From sequence record OR757454.1: a DNA stretch of 64,000 nucleotides; one strand, 5' to 3'. Shown here piece after piece: positions 28,324 to 38,508 of this stretch (position 1 is the first letter of the stretch; each line of letters opens with the position of its first letter). The notes beneath the pieces were generated by a model. It saw only the letters and a list, made by a program, of their open reading frames with translations. It was not told the origin of the DNA and made no database searches. The position numbers and the translations under genes are program-made. The stretch is from Escherichia phage BYEP02.

Positions 28324-28477
28324 ATTTAATTTACTCCGTGTAGCTCAGTTTGGTAGAGCGTCTGCTTTGGGAGCAGAATGTCGCAGGTTCAAATCCTGCA
28401 ATTTAATTTACTCCGTGTAGCTCAGTTTGGTAGAGCGCCTGATTTGGGATCAGGAGGTCCAAGGTTCAAATCCTTGT
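28324..28477. repeat. 77-bp tandem unit covering tRNA-Pro; first 37 bp identical, remaining 40 bp diverged with compensatory stem changes
   Basis: atttaatttactccgtgtagctcagtttggtagagcg then tctgc..gcaga / cgcagg..cctgc versus cctga..tcagg / caagg..ccttg. Confidence 0.85.
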
Positions 28478-28484
28478 ATGGAGA
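28411..28484 (+). tRNA. tRNA-Pro (anticodon TGG); a partial divergent duplicate of its 5' half lies in the upstream repeat copy 28324-28400
   Basis: Anticodon stem-loop cctga-tttggga-tcagg, T-arm caagg-ttcaaat-ccttg, acceptor ctccgtg/tatggag (two G-U pairs); directly abuts tRNA-Ser. Confidence 0.7.
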
Positions 28485-28486
28485 CT

Positions 28487-28576
28487 GGAGGCGTGGCAGA
28501 GTGGTTTAATGCACCGGTCTTGAAAACCGGCAGTCGCTCCGGCGACTCATAGGTTCAAATCCTATCGCCTCCGCCA
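28487..28576 (+). tRNA. tRNA-Ser (anticodon TGA), type II
   Basis: Acceptor ggaggcg/cgcctcc, anticodon loop cttgaaa, long variable arm, T-loop ggttcaaatcc, CCA encoded. Confidence 0.8.
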
Positions 28577-28686
28577 GTTTTGCTGATTTAGCTCAGTAGG
28601 TAGAGCACAGTCGCTCCGGCGACTCATAGGTTCAAATCCTATCGCCTCCGCCAGTTTTTGCTGATTTAGCTCAGTAGGTAGAGCAC
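28532..28686. repeat. 77-bp tandem duplication spanning 3' half of tRNA-Ser and 5' half of tRNA-Thr (1-bp indel between copies)
   Basis: agtcgctccggcgactcataggttcaaatcctatcgcctccgccagtttt(t)gctgatttagctcagtaggtagagcac twice. Confidence 0.9.
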
Positions 28687-28735
28687 CTCACTTGTAATGA
28701 GGACGTCGGCGGTTCGATTCCGTCAATCAGCACCA
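28660..28735 (+). tRNA. tRNA-Thr (anticodon TGT)
   Basis: Acceptor gctgatt/aatcagc, anticodon loop cttgtaa, T-loop ggttcgattcc, CCA encoded; intact only via copy 2 of duplication 28532-28686. Confidence 0.78.
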
Positions 28736-28736
28736 A

Positions 28737-28811
28737 GGCCCTGTAGCTGGAAGGTTCAAGCAAGCGACTCATAATCGCCAGATGGTGGTTCAATTCCACC
28801 CAGGGCCACCA
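28737..28811 (+). tRNA. tRNA with anticodon CAT (Ile-lysidine type as in T4, or Met)
   Basis: Acceptor ggccctg/cagggcc, anticodon loop ctcataa, T-arm ggtgg-ttcaatt-ccacc, CCA encoded. Confidence 0.7.
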
Positions 28812-28820
28812 AATTAATTT

Positions 28821-28907
28821 GGGGAGTTATCCCGTAGAGGTAGCGGTGTGGACTGTAAATTCATTGTCATTGCGACTCGGGTGGTTCGACTCCACCACTC
28901 CCCACCA
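28821..28907 (+). tRNA. tRNA-Tyr (anticodon GTA), type II
   Basis: Acceptor ggggagt/actcccc, anticodon loop ctgtaaa, long variable arm, T-arm ggtgg-ttcgact-ccacc, CCA encoded. Confidence 0.65.
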
Positions 28908-28911
28908 ATTT

Positions 28912-28986
28912 GGATGTGTAGCTCAATGGCAGAGCGATCGCCTGTTAAGCGATTGGTTATAGGTTCGAATCCTATCACGTCCGCCA
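28912..28986 (+). tRNA. tRNA-Asn (anticodon GTT)
   Basis: Acceptor ggatgtg/cacgtcc, D-arm gctc-aatggca-gagc, anticodon loop ctgttaa, T-arm atagg-ttcgaat-cctat, CCA encoded. Confidence 0.75.
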
Positions 28987-29100
28987 AATTTGTGACAACT
29001 GTCACATTAATATCTACTTGACGCGATTATAGGGGTTGAACTGATCACTCTTCTCTTAATTTCGTGTGAAGACATCTTGATTGTTGGAGTAGGTATTAAT

Positions 29101-29166
29101 GTGGCCGTAGTTCAGTTGGTAGAACTCGAGATTGTGATTCTCGTAGTCATGGGTTCGACTCCCATC
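29101..29166 (+). tRNA. tRNA-His (anticodon GTG)
   Basis: Acceptor gtggccg/cggtcac, D-arm gttc-agttggta-gaac, anticodon stem-loop cgaga-ttgtgat-tctcg, T-arm atggg-ttcgact-cccat. Confidence 0.7.
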
Positions 29167-29170
29167 GGTC

Positions 29171-29246
29171 ACCCCAATTACGGGGCATAGCTCAGAAGGA
29201 AGAGCAAGGACCTTCTAAGTCCTAGGTCGTAGGTTCGATCCCTACT
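29171..29246 (+). tRNA. tRNA-Arg (anticodon TCT)
   Basis: Acceptor cggggca/tgcctcg, D-arm gctc-agaaggaa-gagc, anticodon loop cttctaa, T-loop ggttcgatccc, CCA encoded. Confidence 0.75.
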
Positions 29247-29274
29247 GCCTCGACCAATTATAAGTGAGGAAAAT

Positions 29275-29625
29275 ATGAAAGGTAATGTTTATTTAGTAGT
29301 TCATGATTTAACATTTTACTTCAATGAATATGAAAAACATATCTCATTTCGTGAAATTAATTTACTTTATCAACATGCGGATTATATTTATATTCAAAAC
29401 GAATTTGGTCATTGGCAATTTCTCAAAAATCGTTCATTTGGCTTAGATGGTTACGAATACTTTGAACGTAAAGACCTTTTAGATAAAATTCCGTTATCTA
29501 CGCAATATCAAAATCACAAATCTTTATATAAATGCCGTCCAATTCGAAATGTTGAATCCGCGTATGAAGCAATTGATTTATGGCGTGAACGCCGTAAACA
29601 GATTGATGCTTTAAAAGAATATTAA
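29275..29625 (+). CDS. Hypothetical protein (116 aa) within tRNA region
   Basis: ORF MKGNVYLVVHDLTFYFNEYEKHISFREINLLYQHADYIYIQNEFGHWQF... Confidence 0.5.
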   Translation: MKGNVYLVVHDLTFYFNEYEKHISFREINLLYQHADYIYIQNEFGHWQFLKNRSFGLDGYEYFERKDLLDKIPLSTQYQNHKSLYKCRPIRNVESAYEAIDLWRERRKQIDALKEY

Positions 29626-29886
29626 GAAACCGGGTCGCTACCGGTAAGTCGTCGGACTGATGTTCCCTGAGTAAGGAATTGCGTTAATAATCTTTGCGTT
29701 TATTGATGCCCTCTTACATCACAGCAGAAACGGCGCACCGAATTATCGATTCGAGGAAATATCTTTGCCGTAAGCCGAGTAGCGTTTTTGACGGAACGTT
29801 CGGATATGGTCGAGATATGGCCTTTTAAAAATATTGAGTAGCGTCAACTGCTTAATAACCGGGTTCGAATCCCGGCGTTTCGTACA
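29626..29886 (+). ncRNA. Candidate small stable RNA with tRNA-like T-arm (possibly analogous to T4 RNA species 1/2)
   Basis: Non-coding, GC-richer segment ending in ...ccgggttcgaatcccggcg (T-stem/loop-like) directly downstream of the tRNA cluster and followed by terminator hairpins. Confidence 0.35.
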
Positions 29887-29934
29887 AACACTTGCCTTAG
29901 CAGGTGGAACCCCGACAAGGTTGCCGCAAGGCTT

Positions 29935-29962
29935 AGCCCCGACCGAAAGGTTGGGGCTTTTT
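29935..29962 (+). terminator. Rho-independent terminator (first repeat copy)
   Basis: agccccgacc-gaaa-ggttggggct 10-bp stem, GAAA loop, TTTTT. Confidence 0.75.
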
Positions 29963-30015
29963 GGTATAACACTTGCCTTAGCAGGTGGAACCCCGACAAG
30001 GTTGCCGCAAGGCTT

Positions 30016-30043
30016 AGCCCCAGCCGAAAGGTTGGGGCTTTTT
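30016..30043 (+). terminator. Rho-independent terminator (second repeat copy)
   Basis: agccccagcc-gaaa-ggttggggct then ttttt. Confidence 0.7.
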
Positions 30044-30089
30044 AGTATAAATAAGTATATTAAATCTACAAATTAAAACAGGAAATAAG

Positions 30090-30563
30090 ATGAAATCATA
30101 TGCTCAATTTTTAAATGAAGCGGTGTTAAATGAAGCATCTAGCACTGAAATTCAAGCTGTTGCAAAAGCTGCCATTGCCGCGGGTAAATATTCCTATAAA
30201 GATGCTTCCGATGAATCACGATTCCAATTTGCTCGTGATATGAAAGCCGAAGGATTTACAGGGAATGCAGTTAGTATGGCTTGGAAAAGTTTAGTTGCTA
30301 CTGGAGCTGCTTTTGCAAAGGCTTCAGGTAAACCTGCTCCTAAGGCTGACCCTAAAGCAGCACAAGAAAAAAATATTGCTAAAGGAATTATCTCTAGGTA
30401 TGAAGCAATTCTTAAAGAACTTTTGATAATTAAGACCGAAGGCCAGAAACTTGCGCGTGCTTATAGTTTCAAAGATAATCCACATGCTCATGACCTAGAG
30501 TATGTTGAAGACCTCCAAAAAATCATCAAAGACCGCATTTGGTCTGCTAAACAAATCAAATAA
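30090..30563 (+). CDS. Internal-protein-like injected protein (N-terminal capsid-targeting sequence MKSYAQFLNEA), 157 aa
   Basis: N-terminus MKSYAQFLNEAVLNEA matches the MKTYxEFxxEA leader shared with the other internal-protein ORFs; Ala/Lys-rich. Confidence 0.6.
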   Translation: MKSYAQFLNEAVLNEASSTEIQAVAKAAIAAGKYSYKDASDESRFQFARDMKAEGFTGNAVSMAWKSLVATGAAFAKASGKPAPKADPKAAQEKNIAKGIISRYEAILKELLIIKTEGQKLARAYSFKDNPHAHDLEYVEDLQKIIKDRIWSAKQIK

Positions 30564-30570
30564 CATTCTT

Positions 30571-30598
30571 AGCCCCGACCAAAAGGTTGGGGCTTTTT
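30571..30598 (+). terminator. Rho-independent terminator (third copy of the same hairpin)
   Basis: agccccgacc-aaaa-ggttggggct + ttttt immediately after the stop at 30563. Confidence 0.75.
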
Positions 30599-30731
30599 GG
30601 TATCTAGGCCTTTCCGGGCCTCTCTAGGCATCATTTAGTTTATACCCTTTATAATATATTATCCTACCTTTTAATTGCCCCTCCTGACCCTAGAATTCCC
30701 TAAAACTTTTTAAAAATTTTTTCACAAAACT

Positions 30732-30761
30732 GTTTACATCCCTGTTCTTCCATGGTACTAT
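30732..30761 (+). promoter_or_regulatory. T4 early-type promoter
   Basis: tttttcacaaaactGTTTACatccctgttcttccatggTACTATacaac. Confidence 0.6.
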
Positions 30762-30803
30762 ACAACTATCAACTACTGATACAGAAAATAACTTGGAGAA
30801 TGA

Positions 30804-31145
30804 AATGGATAATTACGGCGAACTGTTCAACTTCTTTATGAAATGCGTTTCAGAAGATTTCGGTCGTACAGTGAATGATATTAAAGTCATCGGTCCTGAC
30901 CATCCAACTTCTTTATGAAATGTGTTTCAGAAGATTTTGGTCGTACAGTGAATGATATTAAAGTTATCGGTCCTGATCATCCGATGTTTGAAACTTACGC
31001 AGTAATGGGTAATGAAGATGGTCAGTGGTATACTGTAAAGGTTGTGATTAACATGTTCACTGCTGAAGGTTATGTTAAACTGTCTTCTAAAGTTTACCAT
31101 GATAACGATGAAATCGCAGAAGAATATTTCAATAATATGAAATAA
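30804..31145 (+). CDS. Hypothetical small protein; frameshifted by 77-bp duplication 30828-30981
   Basis: MDNYGELFNFFMKCVSEDFGRTVNDIKVIGPDHP...MFETYAVMGNEDGQWYTVKVVINMF... Confidence 0.55.
30828..30981. repeat. 77-bp tandem duplication inside small gene 30804..31145
   Basis: caacttctttatgaaatg(c/t)gtttcagaagattt(c/t)ggtcgtacagtgaatg... twice. Confidence 0.9.
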
Positions 31146-31175
31146 GTTTACACAGGCTCATGATTGAGATATTAT
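31146..31175 (+). promoter_or_regulatory. T4 early-type promoter
   Basis: GTTTACacaggctcatgattgagaTATTAT. Confidence 0.5.
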
Positions 31176-31201
31176 GAGCCTATAACTTTGAGGAGAACAT
31201 T

Positions 31202-31537
31202 ATGAAACGTAACTTTAGTAAAGCTTTTTGTAATAGAAATTATTATCCTGAAGAGCTTTTTGAATCTAAGGACTTTAAAGAGTTTAACGAACGTTCTCAA
31301 AACATGCCTGTACAATGGGTGTTAGATTATGCCAAACGTATCTTTGAAGGTGTACGTTGGTTCAGTCCTGATGATGAAGCCCCATATTTTCAAAGGGCAT
31401 GGTCTATAGTCAATCAAGCTTATATTGATGCTTTAGAAAATATTAATATTATGGATGATGATGATGCTTTGTTAATCATCGATGAGTCTATTAATAGTAG
31501 TATCGATAAATTTATTGATGAATTGGACGAAGAATAA
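31202..31537 (+). CDS. Hypothetical acidic protein (111 aa)
   Basis: ORF MKRNFSKAFCNRNYYPEELFESKDFKEFNERSQNMPVQWVLDYAKRIFEG... Confidence 0.55.
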   Translation: MKRNFSKAFCNRNYYPEELFESKDFKEFNERSQNMPVQWVLDYAKRIFEGVRWFSPDDEAPYFQRAWSIVNQAYIDALENINIMDDDDALLIIDESINSSIDKFIDELDEE

Positions 31538-31567
31538 GTTTACAAACTCTTGGGAGTAGAGTATAAT
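31538..31567 (+). promoter_or_regulatory. T4 early-type promoter
   Basis: GTTTACaaactcttgggagtagagTATAAT. Confidence 0.6.
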
Positions 31568-31612
31568 ACTCCCACGGATTATAAAAACCCTTAATTAACT
31601 AAAGGAAATGCT

Positions 31613-32206
31613 ATGAACATGCTGAAGAAAATTGTTGAGTTTATTCGCACTAAACTTGGTTCTGCTATGGCTAAAAATTTATCTGTTGAAGAACAGTATA
31701 CTGCTGCGGCAGCAAAACTACTTGATAAGATTAAAGATCTAAAAACTGCTTCTGTTAAATCTATTAATGAAGAAAAACGTATTCGTGAACTTATTGTCGA
31801 AAAGAATCGACAGGCCGAATCAAAAGAGCGTGAAATTCGCAAGCTTCTTTCTGAAGGTCAAGATGTAACAATGCATGCTAAACTCGGCTTGCTATATCGT
31901 CGAACAGCTGAACAGTTGACTACTAAAGCTGATGGTTATGCTGAAATGCGAATTGAAATCGCCAAGAAAGTAGTTGAATTGGATGATGCTCGCCAAGAAC
32001 TTGCAGTTAAATTGGAATATATCCGTGAAACTCGTGCAGCAAATGCCCTTGGAATTAGTACTGCTGATGATGTAGTTGAAATTGCAGCGCTAACTAAAGT
32101 TGATATTGAAGATACTCTCGCCCGAGTTGAAACCTTTAATGGTAATATTTCTGGGGTTGAAACTACCTCTGCCGATGTTCAGGAATATATTAATTCTCTG
32201 AAATAA
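31613..32206 (+). CDS. Coiled-coil protein, possibly PspA/IM30-like (197 aa)
   Basis: Long heptad-rich sequence ...[31 protein letters not shown]...; overall architecture resembles PspA family; no enzymatic motif. Confidence 0.4.
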   Translation: MNMLKKIVEFIRTKLGSAMAKNLSVEEQYTAAAAKLLDKIKDLKTASVKSINEEKRIRELIVEKNRQAESKEREIRKLLSEGQDVTMHAKLGLLYRRTAEQLTTKADGYAEMRIEIAKKVVELDDARQELAVKLEYIRETRAANALGISTADDVVEIAALTKVDIEDTLARVETFNGNISGVETTSADVQEYINSLK

Positions 32207-32211
32207 TGATA

Positions 32212-32227
32212 AGGGGCTTCGGCCCCT
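32212..32227 (+). terminator. Hairpin aggggc-ttcg-gcccct after the coiled-coil gene (weak T-run)
   Basis: GC-rich perfect hairpin 5 bp after the stop codon. Confidence 0.4.
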
Positions 32228-32247
32228 ATTACTTGGAGTAAGTAGGA

Positions 32248-32856
32248 ATGAAAATGCAAAGTGATTTCAATTCAATGTTTGAAGAGTTCCAAAGACAGGT
32301 TGATGTTCCAGATCAATTATTAAATGCTCTTAAACGTATGGCAGAAGGACGTAATTATTATTGGGGTTCTTCATATGAAACTGATGAAAGTCTTTCTAGA
32401 GGATTTTCTAGAGGTAAAAAGTCTTTAATACGTCCTGGAATACTTATTAACAGTATTGAATCAATTCATTTATTAACATGCGATTTTGACGTTGAATTTA
32501 CTGATTTTGTTTCTCCTGAATGGACGGTCTGTTATTTAAACGACGATTATGATTATCTTGGCGTTTATAGTTTAAGTGATGCACGGTTTAAACGTAATTT
32601 ACAAAAGTCAAATTTATTTTATATTGATACTACTGTAAAATTTCAGGGCAAGAAATATTTCTTTACTCTTATAGTTGATTCTGAAACGAAGCATGAAAAT
32701 AAACGTATTCTTAGTAAAAAGAATATCTTGAATATTGTTGATGATCTTTTTGATAAATTCGTAGAAAATCTCAATTTTGAAAGCGATTTATTATTAGAAA
32801 AATTTGTTAAGGAATGTAGAGAATATGTCAAAGCCATCAATGTATCTTCCAAGTAA
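32248..32856 (+). CDS. Hypothetical protein (202 aa)
   Basis: ORF MKMQSDFNSMFEEFQRQVDVPDQLLNALKRMAEGRNYYWGSSYETDESL... Confidence 0.6.
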   Translation: MKMQSDFNSMFEEFQRQVDVPDQLLNALKRMAEGRNYYWGSSYETDESLSRGFSRGKKSLIRPGILINSIESIHLLTCDFDVEFTDFVSPEWTVCYLNDDYDYLGVYSLSDARFKRNLQKSNLFYIDTTVKFQGKKYFFTLIVDSETKHENKRILSKKNILNIVDDLFDKFVENLNFESDLLLEKFVKECREYVKAINVSSK

Positions 32857-33187
32857 ACCGTTGAAGTATGAATTAAAGCGCCAGCTAATTTCTACTGATG
32901 TATTAATAGGTCCTGTAATAGCTGTATCATTTGTAATTCTACTGGGGGTTGGAATAGTTATAGATGTTATGACTGATATTGAATCTAATATAATATTTGC
33001 GTCAACATTAATTCTTCCAATGATAGTTCCATTTTTATTAGTACCTGTAAATTGGGTAGGATACTGGTATCAAGGAAGACATTATCGTAAACGTGTACGT
33101 GAATGGAAAGCTCAGTGTAAAAAGATTAAAAAGGAACACCAGCTTAAACTTGCTGCGTATGAATTTGATGAAATTATGAAATTATGA
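32825..33187 (+). CDS. Small membrane protein (two hydrophobic helices)
   Basis: MSKPSMYLPSKPLKYELKRQLISTDVLIGPVIAVSFVILLGVGIVIDVM...; ATG with in-frame upstream extension in ORF 32804..33187. Confidence 0.5.
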   Translation: MSKPSMYLPSKPLKYELKRQLISTDVLIGPVIAVSFVILLGVGIVIDVMTDIESNIIFASTLILPMIVPFLLVPVNWVGYWYQGRHYRKRVREWKAQCKKIKKEHQLKLAAYEFDEIMKL

Positions 33188-33206
33188 AATTTGTTAAGGA
33201 ATCACG

Positions 33207-33646
33207 ATGCAAAAGCCAAAACTAAATAAAGTCAAATATTCGCTTCCTGAGTCATTTTTAATTTTTGCTGTGGCGTTGGCTGTAGCTCTTGCTGGTAGTC
33301 TTATTGGATTAATGATTGACTGTATTATTTTAAACATCGATGGCACAGTAATTATAACAGATGTTTGGAGTGAACTTCGTTTTACTATAGCGATTTCATT
33401 ATTTTCATTCTTTGGTACCATGTTATATTTTCATTATGATAATTTTAAAATAAATTGGCAAAGAAAAAAGGATTACAAAATACAATTAAAAGAATATAAT
33501 AATATTTTCATTATGATAATTTTAAAATAAATTGGCAAAGAAAAAAGGATTACAAAATACAATTAAAAGAATATAATAACTACATGTCTTATATTGAAAA
33601 TGAATCAATGGAAGAGTTTGTGAGTGATTGTAGGAAAATTAAATGA
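33207..33646 (+). CDS. Small membrane protein; frameshifted by 77-bp duplication 33427-33580
   Basis: MQKPKLNKVKYSLPESFLIFAVALAVALAGSLIGLMIDCIILNIDGTVI... Confidence 0.5.
33427..33580. repeat. 77-bp tandem duplication inside membrane-protein gene
   Basis: attttcattatgataattttaaaataaattggcaaagaaaaaaggattac... twice. Confidence 0.9.
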
Positions 33647-34127
33647 TTTTAAAAACTCGCTGGTATGATTTAGATGATGGGGATGATGGCATTTCAGTTG
33701 ATAGAGTTGACTGGAATGGTTGTTCCGAAGATATGAAAAATTTGTTGATTAGGGAGTTTAGAATGGGATATCAACCAGTTAAGCCATCTACTATAACAGA
33801 TGATAAGTTCGTATGTATTCATAATGGTCGCGCTAAGTTAACGAACGCTAATTGGTTCACAGATAAAATTATGATTCTGTGGTACATTATTAGTTTTCCT
33901 GTGACATCATTTGTATTTTGCTTCTTTGGAGAAAGTCCAGTAGGCAGAACGGAAGATTGGATTCTTTTAATTATACTTGTTAATATTTTTACAGCAGCAA
34001 TATTATCTGGGATATGGTACACGTTCATTGAAATGCCATGGCGGCTACGCAGACAACAAAAGATTTTTGATGAAAAGAAATACACTCAAAATTTAAATAA
34101 CTTTATCACTGAATGCAGGAAATTAAA

Positions 34128-34131
<4 letters not shown>
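33643..34131 (+). CDS. Membrane protein (162 aa)
   Basis: ORF MILKTRWYDLDDGDDGISVDRVDWNGCSEDMKNLLIREFRMGYQPVKP... with hydrophobic segments. Confidence 0.55.
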
Positions 34132-35526
<1,395 letters not shown>

Positions 35527-35557
35527 TGTTTACTTCCTCCAAGGACTTTGATACTAT
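35527..35557 (+). promoter_or_regulatory. T4 early-type promoter for denV
   Basis: GTTTACttcctccaaggactttgaTACTATacat. Confidence 0.6.
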
Positions 35558-35584
35558 ACATTCATCAACTACTTGGAGGAAATT

Positions 35585-36001
35585 ATGACTCGTATCAATT
35601 TAACACTTGTTTCTGAACTGACCGACCAACATCTTATGGCTGAGTATCGTGAATTGCCGCGTGTTTTTGGTATAGTTCGTAAACATGTGGCAAATGGTAA
35701 GCGGGTTAAAGATTTTAAAATATCTTCCGAGTTTATTTTAGGCTCTGGTCATGTTAAGTTCTTTTACGATAAGTTAGAATTTTTGCGAAAGCGTCAATCA
35801 GACATTATAACGGAATGCTTAAAACGTGGGTTTAGTATAAAAGATACTGAAGTTCCTGACATCAGCGATATTCCAGCAGAATGGAAAAATGATTATAATC
35901 CATGCAAATCAGCTATTAAATTGAGTCAACAACGACTCGATGAAAAAATTTTAATGAAGCCACACTGGTACAAGTATTACGGCAAAAATATTTACATTTA
36001 A
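35585..36001 (+). CDS. denV: Endonuclease V, pyrimidine-dimer DNA glycosylase DenV (intact)
   Basis: [71 protein letters not shown]... Confidence 0.9.
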   Translation: MTRINLTLVSELTDQHLMAEYRELPRVFGIVRKHVANGKRVKDFKISSEFILGSGHVKFFYDKLEFLRKRQSDIITECLKRGFSIKDTEVPDISDIPAEWKNDYNPCKSAIKLSQQRLDEKILMKPHWYKYYGKNIYI

Positions 36002-36010
36002 AGGAAACAT

Positions 36011-36484
36011 ATGAAAACATATCAAGAATTTATCACTGAAGCAGCTATTAATTCTCAAATTATTGCTGAATCTTTTACTGATCTTTTGAAATTTAAAAAA
36101 GGTCAAAAAATTACTGCTGTATTGGATGATGGTACAGAAGTTGAGATGGATGTACAGGGATATAATTATGCAGTAGATGGAAAACTGTATAATAAATCCC
36201 ATGCTAAATTTGATTCATTTGACGACTTTGTTAATACAGTTGAAGATGAAAAAACTCGTAGATCAATTTCAACTGGTGATGCTAAGGTTCTTATGGCACA
36301 CGGTCATGAACGTATTCGCGCTAAACAGAATAAAATGGGTGAAGATAATTTCGCATTAGTTGGTTATCAATCTGGTAAACAAACTTATGGCTATCAGCGT
36401 ACTGCTACCATGTATAATAAAAATGGTAAAATCGCTTTCGTGAATAGTAAAGGTTCTATTCAGTACGTCAAATCATTCAAATAA
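36011..36484 (+). CDS. Internal head protein-like (CTS leader MKTYQEFITEA), 157 aa
   Basis: N-terminus MKTYQEFITEAAINSQ; basic protein immediately downstream of denV. Confidence 0.6.
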   Translation: MKTYQEFITEAAINSQIIAESFTDLLKFKKGQKITAVLDDGTEVEMDVQGYNYAVDGKLYNKSHAKFDSFDDFVNTVEDEKTRRSISTGDAKVLMAHGHERIRAKQNKMGEDNFALVGYQSGKQTYGYQRTATMYNKNGKIAFVNSKGSIQYVKSFK

Positions 36485-36637
36485 GCAAATAAGAAATATG
36501 GGAACAAGCTGGACCTCATGATTCTGTGAGGGATTCCCGCCAACCTGTAATAAGGTCGAGCCCAAGTGCGGTAATGGGTAAATACAGAAATGGACAATTC
36601 ATGCGCCATGGAATGGCCCAAATTTAGAGAGAATAAA

Positions 36638-37254
36638 ATGAGAACATTTTTAACTGGACCTTATCTATCCCTGATGAATGCTTTTACACACCATTCTGAT
36701 GCTAGAGTAGAAGAAATTTGTAAAAACGATTATATCCCACCATTTGAAGACTTACTCAAACAGTATTGCACACTTCGACTAGATGGTGGACGTCAATCCG
36801 GTAAATCAACTGCCCGCCATTTGAAGAATTACTTAAACAGTACTGCACACTTCGACTAGATGGTGGACGTCAATCTGGTAAATCAATTGCTGTGACTAAC
36901 TTTGCTGCTAATTGGTTGTATGATGGCGGAACAGTTATTGTTCTTTCTAATACTTCAGCTTACGCTAAAATTTCTGCAAATAACATTAAAAAGGAATTTT
37001 CGCGTTATTCTAATGATGATATACGTTTTCGTTTATTTACTGATTCTGTGCGCAGTTTTATTGGTAATAAAGGAAGCAAGTTCAGAGGTTTATCGCTTTC
37101 GCGAATTTTGTATATAATCGATGAGCCTGTTAAATCTCCTGATATGGATAAAATTTACGATATTCATATTGAAACTGTGCACCACTGTTGCAATAGTAAA
37201 TGCTGCATTGGTGGTATTACTCGTCCACAGTTTTTCATAATCGGAATGCAATGA
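36638..37254 (+). CDS. P-loop NTPase-like hypothetical protein; frameshifted by 77-bp duplication 36740-36893
   Basis: Walker A-like GGRQSGKST and Walker B-like LYIIDEP; ORFs 36590..36859 + 36892..37254. Confidence 0.5.
36740..36893. repeat. 77-bp tandem duplication inside P-loop protein gene
   Basis: ccatttgaaga(c/a)ttact(c/t)aaacagta(t/c)tgcacacttcgactagatggtgg... twice. Confidence 0.9.
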
Positions 37255-37580
37255 TGACAGACACGCAACTTTTCGAATATCTTTATTTTTCGCCAAAAAC
37301 TATTAAAAATAAATTGGTGAATCATTTTGAAATTTTGGCAAATAACAACGTCTTGAGCGAATTTTATCCTAAGCAATACAAATTACAAAAAGGCGTATTC
37401 AAAGGATGCAGAGTTTTGTGCACTGCTCCTAATGCAAGATTAATGAATAAAATTCCATATTTTACCATGGAATTTATTGATGGGCCTTTTAAAGGACTAA
37501 TTACCCAAAGTTTAATGGCATATGATTCTGAGCCATTTTTAATTAAAGAGCAATCTTGGATAAATTTATTTTCTAATTGA
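37251..37580 (+). CDS. Hypothetical protein (~109 aa)
   Basis: [48 protein letters not shown]... Confidence 0.5.
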   Translation: MMTDTQLFEYLYFSPKTIKNKLVNHFEILANNNVLSEFYPKQYKLQKGVFKGCRVLCTAPNARLMNKIPYFTMEFIDGPFKGLITQSLMAYDSEPFLIKEQSWINLFSN

Positions 37581-37588
37581 GAGGTTAT

Positions 37589-37951
37589 ATGAAAGCATAT
37601 CAAATTCTTGAAGGCACGCATAAAGGTACTATTTATTTTGAAGACGGTATTCAAGCACGAATTATTGTCTCTAAAACCTTTAAAGAGGACTCTTTTGTAG
37701 ACCCAGAAATTTTCTACGGTTTGCATGCCCGTGAAATTGAAATTGAAACACAACCTACAGTTAAAATTGAAGGTGGTCAACACTTGAACGTTAATGTTCT
37801 GCGTCGTGAAACTCTGGAAGATGCAGTTAAGCATCCGGAAAAATATCCGCAGCTGACCATCCGTGTATCCGGTTATGCAGTTCGCTTTAACTCTCTGACT
37901 CCGGAACAGCAGCGCGACGTTATCGCTCGTACCTTTACTGAGAGTTTGTAA
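37589..37951 (+). CDS. Autonomous glycyl-radical cofactor protein (GrcA/YfiD-like; T4 Y06I-like)
   Basis: C-terminal ...[60 protein letters not shown] contains the glycyl-radical RVSGY motif, near-identical to E. coli YfiD C-terminus. Confidence 0.8.
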   Translation: MKAYQILEGTHKGTIYFEDGIQARIIVSKTFKEDSFVDPEIFYGLHAREIEIETQPTVKIEGGQHLNVNVLRRETLEDAVKHPEKYPQLTIRVSGYAVRFNSLTPEQQRDVIARTFTESL

Positions 37952-38249
37952 TGGCAAAGATAATTATTGAAGGTTCTGAAGATGTGCTAAATGCTTTCGC
38001 CGAATGGTTTAGTAATTCAGGCGAACAGCAATTTAATGAAGCGTGGAAGGTTCTAAAGATGTGCTAAATGCTTTCGCCGAATGGTTTAGTAATTCAGGCG
38101 AACAGCAATTTAACGAAGCATGGAACATGGGTGATATTAATGGAATTTATCCTACTACAGAAATTTCTGTTCAAGGATATGGCATTCATGAACCTATTCG
38201 TTTAGTTGAATACGATTTATGTACTGGTGAGGAAGTCAAATATGATTGA
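37951..38249 (+). CDS. Hypothetical small protein; frameshifted by 77-bp duplication 37969-38122
   Basis: [73 protein letters not shown]. Confidence 0.5.
37969..38122. repeat. 77-bp tandem duplication inside small gene 37951..38249
   Basis: gaaggttct(g/a)aagatgtgctaaatgctttcgccgaatggtttagtaattcagg... twice. Confidence 0.9.
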
Positions 38250-38508
38250 AGATATTAAAGGTTATAAGCCACATACCGACGAAAAAATCGGTAAAGTAAA
38301 TGCTATTAAAGACGCTGAAGTTCGTTTAGGACTTATCTTTGATGCTTTATACGATGAATTTTGGGAAGCACTAGATAATTGTGAAGACTGTGAATTCGCG
38401 AAGAATTATGCTGAAAGCCTCGATCAGTTAACCATTGCTAAAACGAAACTCAAAGAAGCCAGTATGTGGGCTTGTCGTGCTGTGTTCCAACCAGAGGAAA
38501 AATATTAA
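38241..38508 (+). CDS. Hypothetical small protein (88 aa); candidate for the vs.4/Acb2 position
   Basis: [88 protein letters not shown]. Confidence 0.5.

Larger units (their letters stand above)
29887..30048 (+). repeat. Tandem direct repeat, 2 x 81 bp, each copy carrying an intrinsic terminator hairpin (distinct from the 77-bp class)
   Basis: aacacttgccttagcaggtggaaccccgacaaggttgccgcaaggcttagccccgaccgaaaggttggggctttttggtat twice with 3 differences. Confidence 0.85.

Noticed and set aside
28814-29005. 63-aa minus-strand ORF
   Set aside because: Antisense to tRNA-Tyr and tRNA-Asn.
29834-30076. 80-aa plus-strand ORF (MSSVNCLITGF...)
   Set aside because: Spans the tRNA-like element and the two 81-bp terminator repeats; its repetitive peptide is a translation of the repeat, not a gene.
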